64,000 bases of DNA from Eubacteriales bacterium. Lineage in GTDB: Bacteria; Bacillota; Clostridia; Oscillospirales; JAAYXM01. How positions within the stretch are numbered: the stretch's first letter is position 1; each line of letters begins with the position of its first letter. The translations under genes and the position numbers were made by a program. The DNA lies in assembly GCA_045649265.1 (NCBI GenBank), contig JAZRPO010000059.1, forward strand, positions 80-64,079, written 5' to 3'. The notes beneath the pieces were generated by a model. The model saw only the letters and a program-made list of their open reading frames with translations, was not told where the DNA came from and searched no databases. Below, piece after piece: positions 30,514 to 41,554 of this stretch.

Positions 30514-31743
30514 ATGAGAAAAAAGCATTTTATGACAACTGTTGCTCTCATGCTTCTCACCGCAGCCCTCACATATTGCATCGCACTCTATGCTGCAGAG
30601 CGTGAGTATAACGCAAAGCTTGCGGACCTTTCAGAAAAAGAAACGCAATATGCTCGAATTGCAGAGGTCAGAAGCTATATTGACAAATACTATGTGAACG
30701 ACTTTGATGAGAACAAGCTCACAGACGGAGCACTCGCCGGAATGGTTGCAATGCTCGGCGACCCATGGTCACGTTATCTCACGCCTGACCAGTTTTCATC
30801 AGTCCTTGCATCACTCAACAGCAAGATGGTCGGCATCGGAGTGAACACCACTTATGATGAAAAAAATGAGGCTATCCTGGTGCTTGATGTTTTTGAGGGC
30901 TCGCCCGCCGAATATGCAAAAATTGCCCCGCGCGACAGAATTGTCAGCGTTGACGGCAAGAAGGTTTCAGATATCGGCTACGATGCCGCCGTTAAAAGTG
31001 TCACCGGTGCGGTTGACACGCCAGTTTCCATTGTCATTGAGCGTGATGGTGTTGATGCTCCGATAAACATGAGCATTACCCGCCGTGAGTTTGACATTCC
31101 GAATGTGAGCTCGAAAATTCTTGACGGCAATATCGGTTATGTTAAAATATCTACCTTTGATACAAATGTTGATAAGGACGCTGCAAAAGCCCTTGACCAG
31201 CTTAAAAAGGCTAATGTTACGGGAGTTGTTTTTGATGTCAGAAACAATCCCGGAGGCTCTTTGACAGTTCTGGTTAATACGCTTGATCCCCTTCTTCCGG
31301 AAGGAACGATAATCCGCGAAGAGGACAAAAACGGAAAGGTAACAACGTACCCCTCCGACAAAAATGAGCTTGAACTTCCAATGGTTGTTATTACAAACGA
31401 ATATTCCATAAGCGCGGCAGAATTTTTTGCAGAGGCGCTCCGCGAGGCAGGCAAAGCCGACATAGTGGGCGAACCTACAACGGGAAAGGGAGTTGCACAA
31501 AACAATATTCCGCTGAAAGACGGCTCAGGGCTTGTGCTTTCCGTCAGCAAGTATTATACCGGCACAGGAAAAAGCCTTGCTGACTCGGGCGGCATCGTCC
31601 CCGACAGGCTCATTGAGCTTACCGATGAAGAGAAAAAGAATTTTTATCTTCTGACCGTAGCTTCAGACCGCCAGCTTCAGGAGGCAATGAAGATTATCAA
31701 CGAAAAGGTTGCCGCTAAAAAACAACCGACGGAAGCTCAATAA
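30514..31743 (+). CDS. ctpA: Carboxy-terminal processing protease (S41, CtpA-like)
   Basis: N-terminal TM segment, PDZ (GSPAEYAKIAPRDRIVSVDG) and S41 core (FDVRNNPGGSL, NEYSISAAE, GEPTTGKG). Confidence 0.9.
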   Translation: MRKKHFMTTVALMLLTAALTYCIALYAAEREYNAKLADLSEKETQYARIAEVRSYIDKYYVNDFDENKLTDGALAGMVAMLGDPWSRYLTPDQFSSVLASLNSKMVGIGVNTTYDEKNEAILVLDVFEGSPAEYAKIAPRDRIVSVDGKKVSDIGYDAAVKSVTGAVDTPVSIVIERDGVDAPINMSITRREFDIPNVSSKILDGNIGYVKISTFDTNVDKDAAKALDQLKKANVTGVVFDVRNNPGGSLTVLVNTLDPLLPEGTIIREEDKNGKVTTYPSDKNELELPMVVITNEYSISAAEFFAEALREAGKADIVGEPTTGKGVAQNNIPLKDGSGLVLSVSKYYTGTGKSLADSGGIVPDRLIELTDEEKKNFYLLTVASDRQLQEAMKIINEKVAAKKQPTEAQ

Positions 31744-31817
31744 AAATATACATTCGCATGTAATATTCGCAAGAGAAGTTAATATCATAATATAGACATA
31801 ACTTTCCGTTTCGTGAG

Positions 31818-32516
31818 GTGGCGCTTTTGCGGATATGCGTTGTTAATATTGATGAGGAAAAAAGCCGAAAAGGGTTTGAAATTCTTTTTCACGGTTGCTT
31901 TCGTGGTGCTGAAATATACACGGTTTTTCTTTCCCCACGGATTTCCCGCAGGAAAAGACTGAAACTCATAAAAAAGCTGCAGCTGCTCAAAATTTCCTTT
32001 GCAGCACTTCCGGAGGATTGCTTATACTCTCATCACCTTCAGCAAGCAGGAATCTCAACAGTTTCCGCAGACGAGTGTTTTTCTCCGGCAATAGCCGAAA
32101 TGGCCCTTTCCTTTGCGAAGCAGTATAAAACTCCAAAATGCTTTTATATTTGCGGCGGCGGTTTTTTTACCGTAACGAAAATTGCTTTGCGGCTTCTTGA
32201 AGAAACAAACGACGTTTTTGTTTCCTGTGCCGATTTTGATGCAGTTTATGATGCTTGTGCAGATATGTGCGGAGCTGTAATAAAGGCTTCTCCCCCAAAA
32301 GAAGCTGTCTGCATCTATCCTTGCGACAAGAGAAATTTTCTTTGTTTCCGAGACGTGTCACTCTCCTTCTCCGATTTTTCGATTTCGTTCCCGGAGACAG
32401 CCTTCTCGGATATTGCGCCGGCAACACGGCCCGCACTTGCACAAATTCTTCAATTTTGCGGAATTTTGGGGAATTCTGAGATAAAAACAGAACTTTTAAC
32501 AGAACAAAACTGCTAA
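31818..32516 (+). CDS. Hypothetical Cys-rich protein
   Basis: 232-aa ORF with about 14 Cys and no family recognised. The start is uncertain: GTG 31818 or TTG 31827. Confidence 0.4.
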   Translation: MALLRICVVNIDEEKSRKGFEILFHGCFRGAEIYTVFLSPRISRRKRLKLIKKLQLLKISFAALPEDCLYSHHLQQAGISTVSADECFSPAIAEMALSFAKQYKTPKCFYICGGGFFTVTKIALRLLEETNDVFVSCADFDAVYDACADMCGAVIKASPPKEAVCIYPCDKRNFLCFRDVSLSFSDFSISFPETAFSDIAPATRPALAQILQFCGILGNSEIKTELLTEQNC

Positions 32517-32532
32517 ATTTTAAAAGCTTTAC

Positions 32533-32561
32533 TTGACAATTTACATTTTGATATCTATAAT
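32533..32561 (+). promoter_or_regulatory. Perfect consensus sigma-A promoter upstream of greA
   Basis: TTGACA (32533-32538), a 17-nt spacer, then TATAAT (32556-32561). Confidence 0.75.
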
Positions 32562-32649
32562 ATGATACATTGCAAAGTATTGCTTCCTTTTTATATAGTA
32601 GATTATATGAAAAATGCTTTTATTATGATAGGAAGAAGAGGGATTGGAA

Positions 32650-33120
32650 ATGGCGAAAACTTATAAACTCACAAAAGAACGACTACAGGAGCTCCGCGAC
32701 GAGCTCAACTACTTAAAAAATGTCAGAGAGAACGAGGTTGCGGAGCTTATTAAGGAAGCCCGCTCTTTCGGAGACCTTTCCGAAAACAGCGAGTATGAAG
32801 AGGCCAAAAACGAGCAGGGCCGTCTCTTTTCAAGAAAAGCTGAGATTGAAAACATCATAGCAAATGCTGAAATTATCGAAATTACATCAAATACCGACGA
32901 GGTTCATACCGGCTCCCATGTTACGGTTTGCGATATGTCTGACGGATCAAATGAGGAATATTGGCTTGTCGGCTCTCAGGAAGCAGACCCGTACAAGGGC
33001 AGGATTTCGGACGAGTCTCCATTCGGACGCGCACTCCTTGGAAAAAGCGTCGGAGATATTGTCGGTGTCGAAGCGCCGTGCGGTATCATTGAATATAAAA
33101 TAATTGAGATTGGAAACTGA
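32650..33120 (+). CDS. greA: Transcription elongation factor GreA
   Basis: Coiled-coil N-terminus with the conserved acidic tip (FGDLSENSEYEEAK) and a C-terminal FKBP-like domain. Confidence 0.93.
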   Translation: MAKTYKLTKERLQELRDELNYLKNVRENEVAELIKEARSFGDLSENSEYEEAKNEQGRLFSRKAEIENIIANAEIIEITSNTDEVHTGSHVTVCDMSDGSNEEYWLVGSQEADPYKGRISDESPFGRALLGKSVGDIVGVEAPCGIIEYKIIEIGN

Positions 33121-33182
33121 TTTTTTTGGCGGACGCATAAATTGTGACCGCCAATGGTTCATTAAAGTGGAGGAAATTTAAA

Positions 33183-34685
33183 ATGGCAACTGAAGAAAAG
33201 AGAACACAGGAAGCTCCCGTTGAAGATCTGAGCGAAATTCTCAGAATTCGCAGGGACAAGCTCGCAAATCTGTGTGCAGACGGCGAGAACCCGTTTGAAA
33301 TAGTTAAATATGACCAGACTCATCATTCAACGGAAATCAAAGACAGCTTTGACGAGCTGGAAGGCAAAACCGTAAGCATTGCAGGCCGTATGATGAGCCG
33401 CCGTGGCATGGGAAAAGCCTCCTTCTGCGACATCCAGGACCTTGAAGGAAAAATCCAGATTTATGTCCGCATAGATGATGTCGGCGAGGATTCCTTTGCA
33501 AAGTTCAAGAAATTTGATATAGGTGATATTGTCGGTGCCGTCGGAACTGTTTTCCGCACAAAAACCGGAGAGATTTCAATTCATTGCTCCGAAATCACGC
33601 TTCTTTCAAAATCCTTGAAGCCGCTTCCGGAAAAATACCACGGTCTCACAAATACAGATATTCGCTATCGTCAGAGATATGTTGACCTTATCGTAAATCC
33701 AGAGGTACGTGACACGTTCATAAAACGCTCTAAAATCATCAGCTCAATCCGCCGTTATCTCGACTCGCAAGGCTTTATAGAGGTTGAAACTCCTATGCTC
33801 GTTTCAAATGCGGGAGGCGCAGCAGCCCGTCCGTTTGAAACCCATTTCAACGCCTTGAACGAGGATTTCAAGCTTCGCATTTCTCTTGAGCTTTATCTCA
33901 AACGCCTCATAGTCGGCGGTCTTGAAAAGGTGTATGAAATCGGCAGAGTCTTCCGGAACGAAGGTCTTGACACGCGCCACAACCCTGAGTTTACGCTCAT
34001 GGAGCTTTATCAGGCATATACCGACTATCACGGTATGATGGACCTTACCGAAAATATGTTCCGCCACGTTGCAAACGAAGTTCTCGGAACTACAACAATC
34101 GTCTATAACGGAGTCGAAATAGACCTTAGCAAGCCTTTTGAAAGAATAACCATGGTTGATGCTGTAAAGAAATATTCCGGTGTTGATTTTAACGAAATTC
34201 ACTCGGATGACGAAGCAAAGGCCATCGCAAAGGAAAAGCACGTTGATTTTGAAAAAAGGCACAAGAAGGGTGACATCTTAAATCTCTTCTTTGAGGAGTT
34301 TGTAGAGGAGCATCTTATCCAGCCCATCTTCGTTATGGACCACCCGATTGAAATTTCTCCGCTCACGAAGAAAAAGCCGGAGGATCCAAACTATGTTGAG
34401 CGTTTTGAGATGTTTATGAATGGTTGGGAAATGTGTAATGCATATTCCGAGCTCAACGACCCCATCGACCAGCGTGAGCGCTTCAAGGACCAGGAAAAAC
34501 AGCTTTCTCAGGGCAACGAAGAAGCAAACACAACTGATGAAGACTTTCTTAATGCTCTTGAAATCGGTATGCCTCCCACAGGCGGCATAGGCTACGGAAT
34601 TGACCGTATGTGTATGCTCTTTACCGACAGTGCGGCAATAAGAGATGTTCTCCTCTTCCCAACGATGAAGTCCGAGAAGGAGTAA
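33183..34685 (+). CDS. lysS: Lysine--tRNA ligase (class II)
   Basis: OB anticodon-binding domain ([23 protein letters not shown]) and class II motifs ([32 protein letters not shown]). ATG 33183 follows GGAGGA. Confidence 0.96.
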   Translation: MATEEKRTQEAPVEDLSEILRIRRDKLANLCADGENPFEIVKYDQTHHSTEIKDSFDELEGKTVSIAGRMMSRRGMGKASFCDIQDLEGKIQIYVRIDDVGEDSFAKFKKFDIGDIVGAVGTVFRTKTGEISIHCSEITLLSKSLKPLPEKYHGLTNTDIRYRQRYVDLIVNPEVRDTFIKRSKIISSIRRYLDSQGFIEVETPMLVSNAGGAAARPFETHFNALNEDFKLRISLELYLKRLIVGGLEKVYEIGRVFRNEGLDTRHNPEFTLMELYQAYTDYHGMMDLTENMFRHVANEVLGTTTIVYNGVEIDLSKPFERITMVDAVKKYSGVDFNEIHSDDEAKAIAKEKHVDFEKRHKKGDILNLFFEEFVEEHLIQPIFVMDHPIEISPLTKKKPEDPNYVERFEMFMNGWEMCNAYSELNDPIDQRERFKDQEKQLSQGNEEANTTDEDFLNALEIGMPPTGGIGYGIDRMCMLFTDSAAIRDVLLFPTMKSEKE

Positions 34686-34688
34686 ATT

Positions 34689-35396
34689 ATGCAAAAAAGC
34701 AAGGATTCGAGAGACATTTTTGCAGTTTTTAAACCGGGCAGCTTTATGGAGTCTGCCACCTTTGGTGAAAAATTCCGTTACTGGTTCAAAAATGTATACT
34801 GGTATCATTTTAAAATCGCAACATTTATTGCCATTGTCTTAATTGTTTTGGTCTGCATGCTCATTTCTGATATTTTCTTCCGCGAGCATAACGATTTGGA
34901 TTACATTCTTGCAGGAGCTGTTTTTGCAGAAAGCGAAGCGATGCAGGCTCTGTCAGATAAAATGCTTCCCTTCATCGATGCCGGGGAGGATGAAACTCCG
35001 GCCATCGGAAGGCAGATGCTCTGCACTCAGAGCATTATGGGAACGGGCGATCAGGCTCTCGTTATGGATGAATTCACTCGTGCAAGCATAGATAAAATAG
35101 CTATCAGCATGGCTGACGACGAAATTCTCCTTTTCTTTTTAGATGAAAAATACATAAAGTGGTATGCAGAACAAGGTGCGTTCGAGCCTCTTTCTAACCT
35201 TGGAATAAAAAGTGATAACGAGTTTTTCGTCCGCGTTGATACTACCGCTTTTTTTAAGGACCTTAACATTCATCATAACAACGGAATATATGCCGCAATA
35301 AAGGTCAAAAACACTTCTCGCCTTAAAAACGAGAGAATACTGGAGAAATACGAAAATTCAACCCGCGTGCTTGCGGGCATTCTTGCCGGAGGCTGA
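34689..35396 (+). CDS. Hypothetical single-pass membrane protein
   Basis: 235 aa with one TM segment (IATFIAIVLIVLVCMLI) and SD AAGGAG 7 nt upstream. No family recognised. Confidence 0.55.
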   Translation: MQKSKDSRDIFAVFKPGSFMESATFGEKFRYWFKNVYWYHFKIATFIAIVLIVLVCMLISDIFFREHNDLDYILAGAVFAESEAMQALSDKMLPFIDAGEDETPAIGRQMLCTQSIMGTGDQALVMDEFTRASIDKIAISMADDEILLFFLDEKYIKWYAEQGAFEPLSNLGIKSDNEFFVRVDTTAFFKDLNIHHNNGIYAAIKVKNTSRLKNERILEKYENSTRVLAGILAGG

Positions 35397-35401
35397 TTAT
35401 A

Positions 35402-36775
35402 ATGGGTCTTTTTTCTAAACAGGAATCAGCAGTTCATCCTGAAAGAAAAGTCAGCCCGACAAAGAGTATCCTTCTGATTTTCCTTGTCATTATTCTTATT
35501 GGAGCTTTTCTCCTGATGCTGCCGATATCATCTGCAAACTCATGTTACACAAGCTTTGTTACAGCGCTGTTTACTTCGACCAGCGCGACCTGCGTAACCG
35601 GACTTACCGTGGTTGATACTCTCTCGTATTGGTCACGCTTCGGGCAGATTGTTATTCTCCTGCTTATTCAATGCGGAGGCTTGGGTTTCATGGCGTTTGC
35701 TACTGTTTTTTCACTCGTTCTCCACAGAAGAATTTCTCTCCGCGAAAGGCTTATAATGACTCAGGCCTTTTCGATTAACGAAATTTCAGGAATCGTCAGG
35801 CTGACTCAGCACATTCTCCTGCGTACATTTCTTTTTGAGGGAATAGGTGCTCTCCTCCTTGCGACAAGATTTATTCCGGAATACGGCTTTGGAGAAGGCC
35901 TCTTCAAAAGTGTCTTTCATTCAGTTTCCGCCTTCTGCAACGCAGGCTTTGATATTATCGGGGTCTCTTCCGAGCATATCGGAAGCTTCAGCAAATACAT
36001 TGCTGACCCCGTCGTATGCCTGACAGTCATCTCGCTTATGATTCTCGGCGGTCTCGGCTTCTTTGTCTGGGAGGATGTCCTGAACCGACAGTCTGTGAGG
36101 AGCTTCAGCCTTCACACAAAGCTTGTGCTTATCACCACGTCGGTGCTTATTTTGTCAGGAACAGCCTTGTTCCTTCTCTTTGAGTATGGAAACGAAAACA
36201 CAATCGGAAGCCTTCCTTTCTGGCAGAAGCTTATGGCGGCTCTCTTCCAGTCCTCCACAACAAGAACTGCGGGCTTCTTTACAATCTCTCAGCAGGGCAT
36301 GACCACCTCATCCAAAGTTCTTTCAACATTCCTTATGTTCATCGGTGGTTCTCCGGGCTCTACTGCCGGCGGAATTAAAACCGTAACACTTGCGGTCCTC
36401 GTTCTTACAGCATTTTCTGTAATGAGAGGTCGGGCCGAAGTCACGGCATTTGAACGCAGAATCCCGCCGCAAACAGTTTTCAAGGCTGTCACGGTCATGA
36501 TTGTTGCCGCATTCCTCACGGCTGTTGTAGCAATCATAATCGCTCTTACAAACAACATCAATATGATAAATGCGATGTTTGAGAGCGTATCCGCCTTTTC
36601 AACAACCGGGATCAGCACGGGCATAACCGCATCACTCAACACCTTTTCACAAATTACACTTATTCTTCTTATGTACTTTGGCCGCGTCGGCTTGCTTACA
36701 CTCAGTATTGCGCTTGTTGCAAAGAGGAAGCCATCAAAAATCAGCTATACTGAGGGCAAGCTTATAATCGGTTAG
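35402..36775 (+). CDS. TrkH/KtrB-family potassium uptake membrane subunit
   Basis: 457 aa, polytopic, with repeated pore-loop glycine motifs (TATCVTGL, NAGFD, RTAGF, TTGIS). Confidence 0.9.
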   Translation: MGLFSKQESAVHPERKVSPTKSILLIFLVIILIGAFLLMLPISSANSCYTSFVTALFTSTSATCVTGLTVVDTLSYWSRFGQIVILLLIQCGGLGFMAFATVFSLVLHRRISLRERLIMTQAFSINEISGIVRLTQHILLRTFLFEGIGALLLATRFIPEYGFGEGLFKSVFHSVSAFCNAGFDIIGVSSEHIGSFSKYIADPVVCLTVISLMILGGLGFFVWEDVLNRQSVRSFSLHTKLVLITTSVLILSGTALFLLFEYGNENTIGSLPFWQKLMAALFQSSTTRTAGFFTISQQGMTTSSKVLSTFLMFIGGSPGSTAGGIKTVTLAVLVLTAFSVMRGRAEVTAFERRIPPQTVFKAVTVMIVAAFLTAVVAIIIALTNNINMINAMFESVSAFSTTGISTGITASLNTFSQITLILLMYFGRVGLLTLSIALVAKRKPSKISYTEGKLIIG

Positions 36776-36793
36776 TAATTTGGAGGTAATAAT

Positions 36794-37450
36794 ATGGATT
36801 CTTTTCTTATAATAGGTATGGGCCGCTTCGGATCTTCTCTCGCATTGGAGCTTTCAAACCTCGGCCATGATGTTCTGATAATTGATAAATCCGAGGAGCG
36901 TGTCTCTCCGCTTGCCGACCGCGTTACACATGCGGTAATCGGCGATGCGAAAGACGAAAACGTTATGAACTCTCTCGGAGTGCGTAATTTTGATGTTGCC
37001 GTCGTTGCTATGGCAGACGATATTGAAGACAGCGTTCTTATAACAATTATGCTCAAAGAATTGGGCGTAAAAAAAGTTGTTTCAAAAGCTCAGAGCCTTC
37101 TTCACATGAAGGTTCTTGAACGAATCGGCGCAGATACTACGGTCTTTCCGGAGCGCGATATGGGAAAGCGCCTTGCTCAACAGCTTTCGGCGAAGAACAT
37201 AATAGATTTCATTGAGCTTTCGGATGCACATAGCATAGTTGAAATAGAAGCTCCGTCACAATGGTTTGGCAAAACCCTTGCTCAGCTTAACATCCGAGGA
37301 GAATACGGCTTGAACGTAATCGCCGCACGCGACAAGTCTGCCCGCGACCTGACCGTTTCTCCCACAGCTGCATATCTTATTCGCGAGGGTGACGTTCTTA
37401 TTGTTATCGGCGAAAATGACGATATCAACAAGCTTCGTAGCGAGAGCTGA
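36794..37450 (+). CDS. TrkA/KtrA-family potassium uptake regulatory subunit (RCK)
   Basis: Rossmann GMGRFGSSLA motif with RCK_N and RCK_C domains. Follows the TrkH-family gene. Confidence 0.9.
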   Translation: MDSFLIIGMGRFGSSLALELSNLGHDVLIIDKSEERVSPLADRVTHAVIGDAKDENVMNSLGVRNFDVAVVAMADDIEDSVLITIMLKELGVKKVVSKAQSLLHMKVLERIGADTTVFPERDMGKRLAQQLSAKNIIDFIELSDAHSIVEIEAPSQWFGKTLAQLNIRGEYGLNVIAARDKSARDLTVSPTAAYLIREGDVLIVIGENDDINKLRSES

Positions 37451-38205
37451 TGCAGGAAATCAAAAGTCGGCAAAATCCGACGGTAAAAAAACTCCGTGCA
37501 CTCTCAAAAGACCGCGAGGCCCGCAGGCAATACGGTGAATTTGTGTGTGACGGTGAAAAGCTTCTGTATGAGGCAATCTCCGAAAACGTTGAAATAACAA
37601 CAATTCTGACAAGCGAGAGCTTTGTAGCGCGCCTCCCCGATGTTCCGGGGGCAGATTTGTATGTCGCACCGGCAGACCTTCTTGAAAGCGTCACAACACT
37701 CAAAAGCGCACAAGACGTTATTTTTTCCTGCCGAATAAAGCAGGCAAGCCCCAAAAGCATTTCTCGCGCAATTATGCTTGACAGACTCCAGGACACCGGA
37801 AATATAGGAACTATTATCCGCACGGCGGATGCTTTCGGGATTGACGCGGTTTTCTGTGACGGAACAGCCGATGTTTATAACCCGAAAACAATCCGTTCTG
37901 CAATGGGCTCTGTTTTCCGAGTTCCGATAATACAGGCTGATTTTGAAAAGCTCATTCCTGAGCTTCGCAGTAAGGGGAAGAAAATATATTGCTCCGAACT
38001 TTACGGAAATGTAATTTCGCTCTCTGAATGCGATATAACCGATGCCTTTGTTGTCATCGGAAATGAAGGAAAGGGCGTTCGGCCGGAGATTTCTGCCCTT
38101 TGTGACGGAAGTATCATAATCCCGATGACAGGTGCGGCAGAATCTCTCAACGCATCAGTTGCTGCTGCAATATTTATGTATGAAATGAGTGGGCAGAATG
38201 ATTAA
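37450..38205 (+). CDS. TrmH/SpoU-family RNA 2'-O-methyltransferase
   Basis: SPOUT motifs (LDRLQDTGNIGTIIRTADAFG, VIGNEGKGV, ESLNASVAAAI). Confidence 0.85.
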   Translation: MQEIKSRQNPTVKKLRALSKDREARRQYGEFVCDGEKLLYEAISENVEITTILTSESFVARLPDVPGADLYVAPADLLESVTTLKSAQDVIFSCRIKQASPKSISRAIMLDRLQDTGNIGTIIRTADAFGIDAVFCDGTADVYNPKTIRSAMGSVFRVPIIQADFEKLIPELRSKGKKIYCSELYGNVISLSECDITDAFVVIGNEGKGVRPEISALCDGSIIIPMTGAAESLNASVAAAIFMYEMSGQND

Positions 38206-39355
38206 CATGGAAAAGTGGGTATGGTTTTCGGAGTCCTTGTACAAAGGAAGCCGGAAACCCTCCTTTCTGCTTTCATACTTTTCCGATGTTTCTGAAATTT
38301 TCGCGGCAGACCGCGAAGCTCTTGCAGGCTGCGGCGTCTCTCTTACCGAAAAGGAGCTTTCTGCGCTTACCTGCAAAAATCTTGACAGAGCGAGAAAAAT
38401 CATATCCGACTGCGAAAGGGCGGGAATCAGAATAATTCCTCGCACATCGCCCGAATATCCTCAAAGGCTTCTTGAAATTCCCGATGCGCCGATTCTTCTC
38501 TATGCAAAGGGCAAGCCTCTGTCTGTTGACGATGAGGTTTTAGTCGCAGTGGTCGGAACTCGCAAGGCCTCAGCCCAAGGCCAGCATGCAGCAAGGAAGC
38601 TTTCCTCTGAAATCGCCGAAATGCACGGCGTCATTGTAAGCGGAATGGCTCGAGGAATTGACGGAATAGCTATGTCATCAGCTCTTGACGCCAAAGGCTA
38701 TGTCATCGGCGTTCTCGGCTGTGGGCTTGACATCTGCTATCCCCGTGAAAACAGAGAGCTTATGAAAAGGGTTCAGACGCTCGGCACTCTTATTTCTGAG
38801 TATCCGCCAAAAACCAAACCCGATAAAATGAATTTCCCCGTACGCAACAGAATTCTTAGCGGAATAGCTCTTGGTACGGTTGTGATTGAGGCACCGCAAA
38901 AAAGCGGAGCTCTTATCACCGCAAGGCTTGCTCTGGAACAGAACAGAGATGTTTTTGCCGTTCCTTCCGGAATTTTTGAAGCCTTAGCAGCAGGTTCAAA
39001 TTCGCTCATAAGAGAAGGGGCAATCCCTGTTATGTCGGGCAGAGATGTTCTTTTGGAATATGCAAGCCTTTATTCACACAAAATCAACTTAAATGTCAAC
39101 ACTGCTCGCGCATCCGACACACCCCCTACAAAGCAGGAAAGCGAGTGTGTTCTTACCGATACTTTTCTCTCTGCTCATTCTCCGGATGAACAGGCAATCC
39201 TCAAAGCAATCTCCAAAGGCAGCATGAGAACAGATGAGATATCCCATGAAGCCAATATGCCAATGGCGAAGGCTCTCTCGCTTCTCACTCTCCTCGAAAT
39301 ACGCGGAAGCATCAAGCAGCTTCCTGGAAGCCGTTTTGAAATCAAGAATAATTAA
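38198..39355 (+). CDS. dprA: DNA processing protein DprA (Smf)
   Basis: DprA Rossmann-like core (VAVVGTRKAS, VSGMARGIDG, VVIEAPQKSGALITA) and a C-terminal winged-helix-like tail. The start is ambiguous: GTG 38189, ATG 38198 or ATG 38207. Confidence 0.88.
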   Translation: MINMEKWVWFSESLYKGSRKPSFLLSYFSDVSEIFAADREALAGCGVSLTEKELSALTCKNLDRARKIISDCERAGIRIIPRTSPEYPQRLLEIPDAPILLYAKGKPLSVDDEVLVAVVGTRKASAQGQHAARKLSSEIAEMHGVIVSGMARGIDGIAMSSALDAKGYVIGVLGCGLDICYPRENRELMKRVQTLGTLISEYPPKTKPDKMNFPVRNRILSGIALGTVVIEAPQKSGALITARLALEQNRDVFAVPSGIFEALAAGSNSLIREGAIPVMSGRDVLLEYASLYSHKINLNVNTARASDTPPTKQESECVLTDTFLSAHSPDEQAILKAISKGSMRTDEISHEANMPMAKALSLLTLLEIRGSIKQLPGSRFEIKNN

Positions 39356-39370
39356 AAGGAGTTTCTTCAT

Positions 39371-41554
39371 ATGTCATATCTTGTAATAGTGGAGTCGCCA
39401 ACCAAGGTTAAAACAATCGGCAAGCATCTTGGAAGTAAATATACGGTCAAGGCCTCCATGGGCCACCTGCGCGACCTTCCCAAAAGTGATTTGGGAATAG
39501 ATATTGACAGTGGCTTTGTGCCCAAATATCTTGTAATACGCGGAAAGAGTGCTCTTATCCGCGAGCTTCGTGCGCTCGCTGAAGAGAGCGATGCTATCTA
39601 CCTCGCTACTGACCCTGACCGCGAGGGTGAAGCAATTTCATGGCATTTAAAAGAACTCCTTAACCTTGACGAGAAGAAAACAAAACGAGTTACATTTAAT
39701 GAGATTACCAAAAACGCAATTGTCGAGGGTATAAAACATCCTCGTGATATAGACGAAAACCTTGTAAACGCACAGCAGGCGCGCCGGCTTCTTGACAGAA
39801 TCGTCGGCTATAAGCTCTCGCCGCTTCTCTGGAAAAAGGTCAGATACGGCCTTTCGGCAGGCCGCGTTCAATCCGTTGCAACGCGACTTGTAATTGACAG
39901 AGAAAACGAAATCCGCGATTTTATTCCGCGCGAATTCTGGACTATTGATGCAAGCTTTTCACGAATTGCTCCCAACTCAGGCAGCTTTACTGCAAAATTC
40001 TACGGTACGGAGAAAAAGAAATTTGAGCCGGCATCTGCGGAGGAAACAAACGCAATTATCGAGAGCATTAAAAATGCAGAATTTCTTGTAAAATCCATAA
40101 ACCGTACACAGAAAAAGCGTTCTCCCGTTCCGCCGTTTATCACATCAACTCTTCAACAAGAGGCTTCGCGCCGGTTTGGTATGTCCCCCAGCCGCACAAT
40201 GGCTATTGCCCAGCAGCTCTACGAGGGTATTGAGGTTGACGGAATGGGCCTTACAGGTCTTATTACCTATATGAGAACTGACTCTTTAAGGCTTGCAGAT
40301 GAGGCTATTTTCTCAGTCAGAAACTTCATCAAGTCCACCTACGGCGACAACTTCTGCCCGAAATCTCAAAGAGTTTTCAAAACGAAAAAAAGCGCGCAGG
40401 ATGCTCACGAAGCAATTCGCCCTGCATACGTTGACCTCACTCCTGAAAAGCTCAAAAAGAATCTCTCCTCAGACCAGTTCAAGCTCTATCGCATAATCTG
40501 GTCCCGTTTTGTCGCATGTCAGATGGAAAGCGCTATATATGATACGGTAAGTGTTGATATAAAGGCTAATGAATATATGTTCCGTGCATCAAGCTCTAAA
40601 ATTGCTTTTAAGGGCTATACTGCGGTATACTCCGACATGGCAGCAGAGACGGAGGATGCCGAGGAAAACTCCTTGCCGGAGCTTTCAGAAAATGAAAAGC
40701 TTATCTTTAACGGTGAGAAAAGTGAGCAGCATTTCACTTCTCCTCCCGTCCGGTATACAGACGGCAGCCTTATCAAAGCTCTTGAAGAAAAAGGCGTAGG
40801 TCGCCCGAGCACGTATGCACCGACAATTTCTACGATTCTCGACCGCGAATACATTATCAAAGACGGAAAGAGCTTAAAACCCACTCCGCTCGGAGAGGTC
40901 GTAAACGGACTTATGGTTGAGCAGTTCTCAGATATAATAGACGTTGAATTTACGGCTCACATGGAGGAGCAGCTTGATGAAATTGAAGCCGGAAACAAGG
41001 ATTGGAAGAAAACCCTTGAAGATTTCTACGCTCCCTTTGCCAAGGAGCTTAAAGATGCTGAGGTTGCTCTTGAAGGAAAGCGTTTGAAGGTCCCCGAGGA
41101 AGTAACGGATGTTGTCTGTGAGCTTTGCGGAAAAAATATGGTTATTAAATCAGGACGTTTTGGCAAGTTCCTTGCATGCCCGGGATTTCCCGATTGCAAG
41201 AACACAAAAGCCATAGTTGAAACTACTCCCGGCGAATGTCCTGAATGCGGTGGCACGATTCTCAAAAAGAAATCCAAAAACGGATATTGGTACTATGGCT
41301 GTGAAAAGTTCCCTGAATGTACGTTTATGACATGGAATGTTCCTCAGAAGGAAAAATGCGAGGTATGCGGAAAAACACTTTACAAGAGGTCAGGGCGCGG
41401 ATCTAAAAAAATGTTCTGCGCAAATCCGCAGTGTGAAAAATATGAACCGCAGCAGGAAAAAACCGAAAAGAAGCCTTCCAAAGAAACAACAAAAAAAGGC
41501 TCCTCAAAGAAAACAACCTCAAAAAAGAGCACGGAGAAGAAAAAGAGTGAGTAG
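39371..41554 (+). CDS. topA: DNA topoisomerase I
   Basis: Toprim ([18 protein letters not shown]), active-site region (ITYMRTDS), C-terminal CxxC zinc ribbons and a Lys/Ser-rich tail. Confidence 0.96.
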   Translation: MSYLVIVESPTKVKTIGKHLGSKYTVKASMGHLRDLPKSDLGIDIDSGFVPKYLVIRGKSALIRELRALAEESDAIYLATDPDREGEAISWHLKELLNLDEKKTKRVTFNEITKNAIVEGIKHPRDIDENLVNAQQARRLLDRIVGYKLSPLLWKKVRYGLSAGRVQSVATRLVIDRENEIRDFIPREFWTIDASFSRIAPNSGSFTAKFYGTEKKKFEPASAEETNAIIESIKNAEFLVKSINRTQKKRSPVPPFITSTLQQEASRRFGMSPSRTMAIAQQLYEGIEVDGMGLTGLITYMRTDSLRLADEAIFSVRNFIKSTYGDNFCPKSQRVFKTKKSAQDAHEAIRPAYVDLTPEKLKKNLSSDQFKLYRIIWSRFVACQMESAIYDTVSVDIKANEYMFRASSSKIAFKGYTAVYSDMAAETEDAEENSLPELSENEKLIFNGEKSEQHFTSPPVRYTDGSLIKALEEKGVGRPSTYAPTISTILDREYIIKDGKSLKPTPLGEVVNGLMVEQFSDIIDVEFTAHMEEQLDEIEAGNKDWKKTLEDFYAPFAKELKDAEVALEGKRLKVPEEVTDVVCELCGKNMVIKSGRFGKFLACPGFPDCKNTKAIVETTPGECPECGGTILKKKSKNGYWYYGCEKFPECTFMTWNVPQKEKCEVCGKTLYKRSGRGSKKMFCANPQCEKYEPQQEKTEKKPSKETTKKGSSKKTTSKKSTEKKKSE

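Noticed and set aside
41337-41546. A 70-codon N-terminal extension of the trmFO ORF
   Set aside because: It lies entirely inside the topA coding region and is basic, repetitive shadow-frame sequence. The FAD-binding GAGLAGCEA motif begins right after GTG 41547, which has its own SD.
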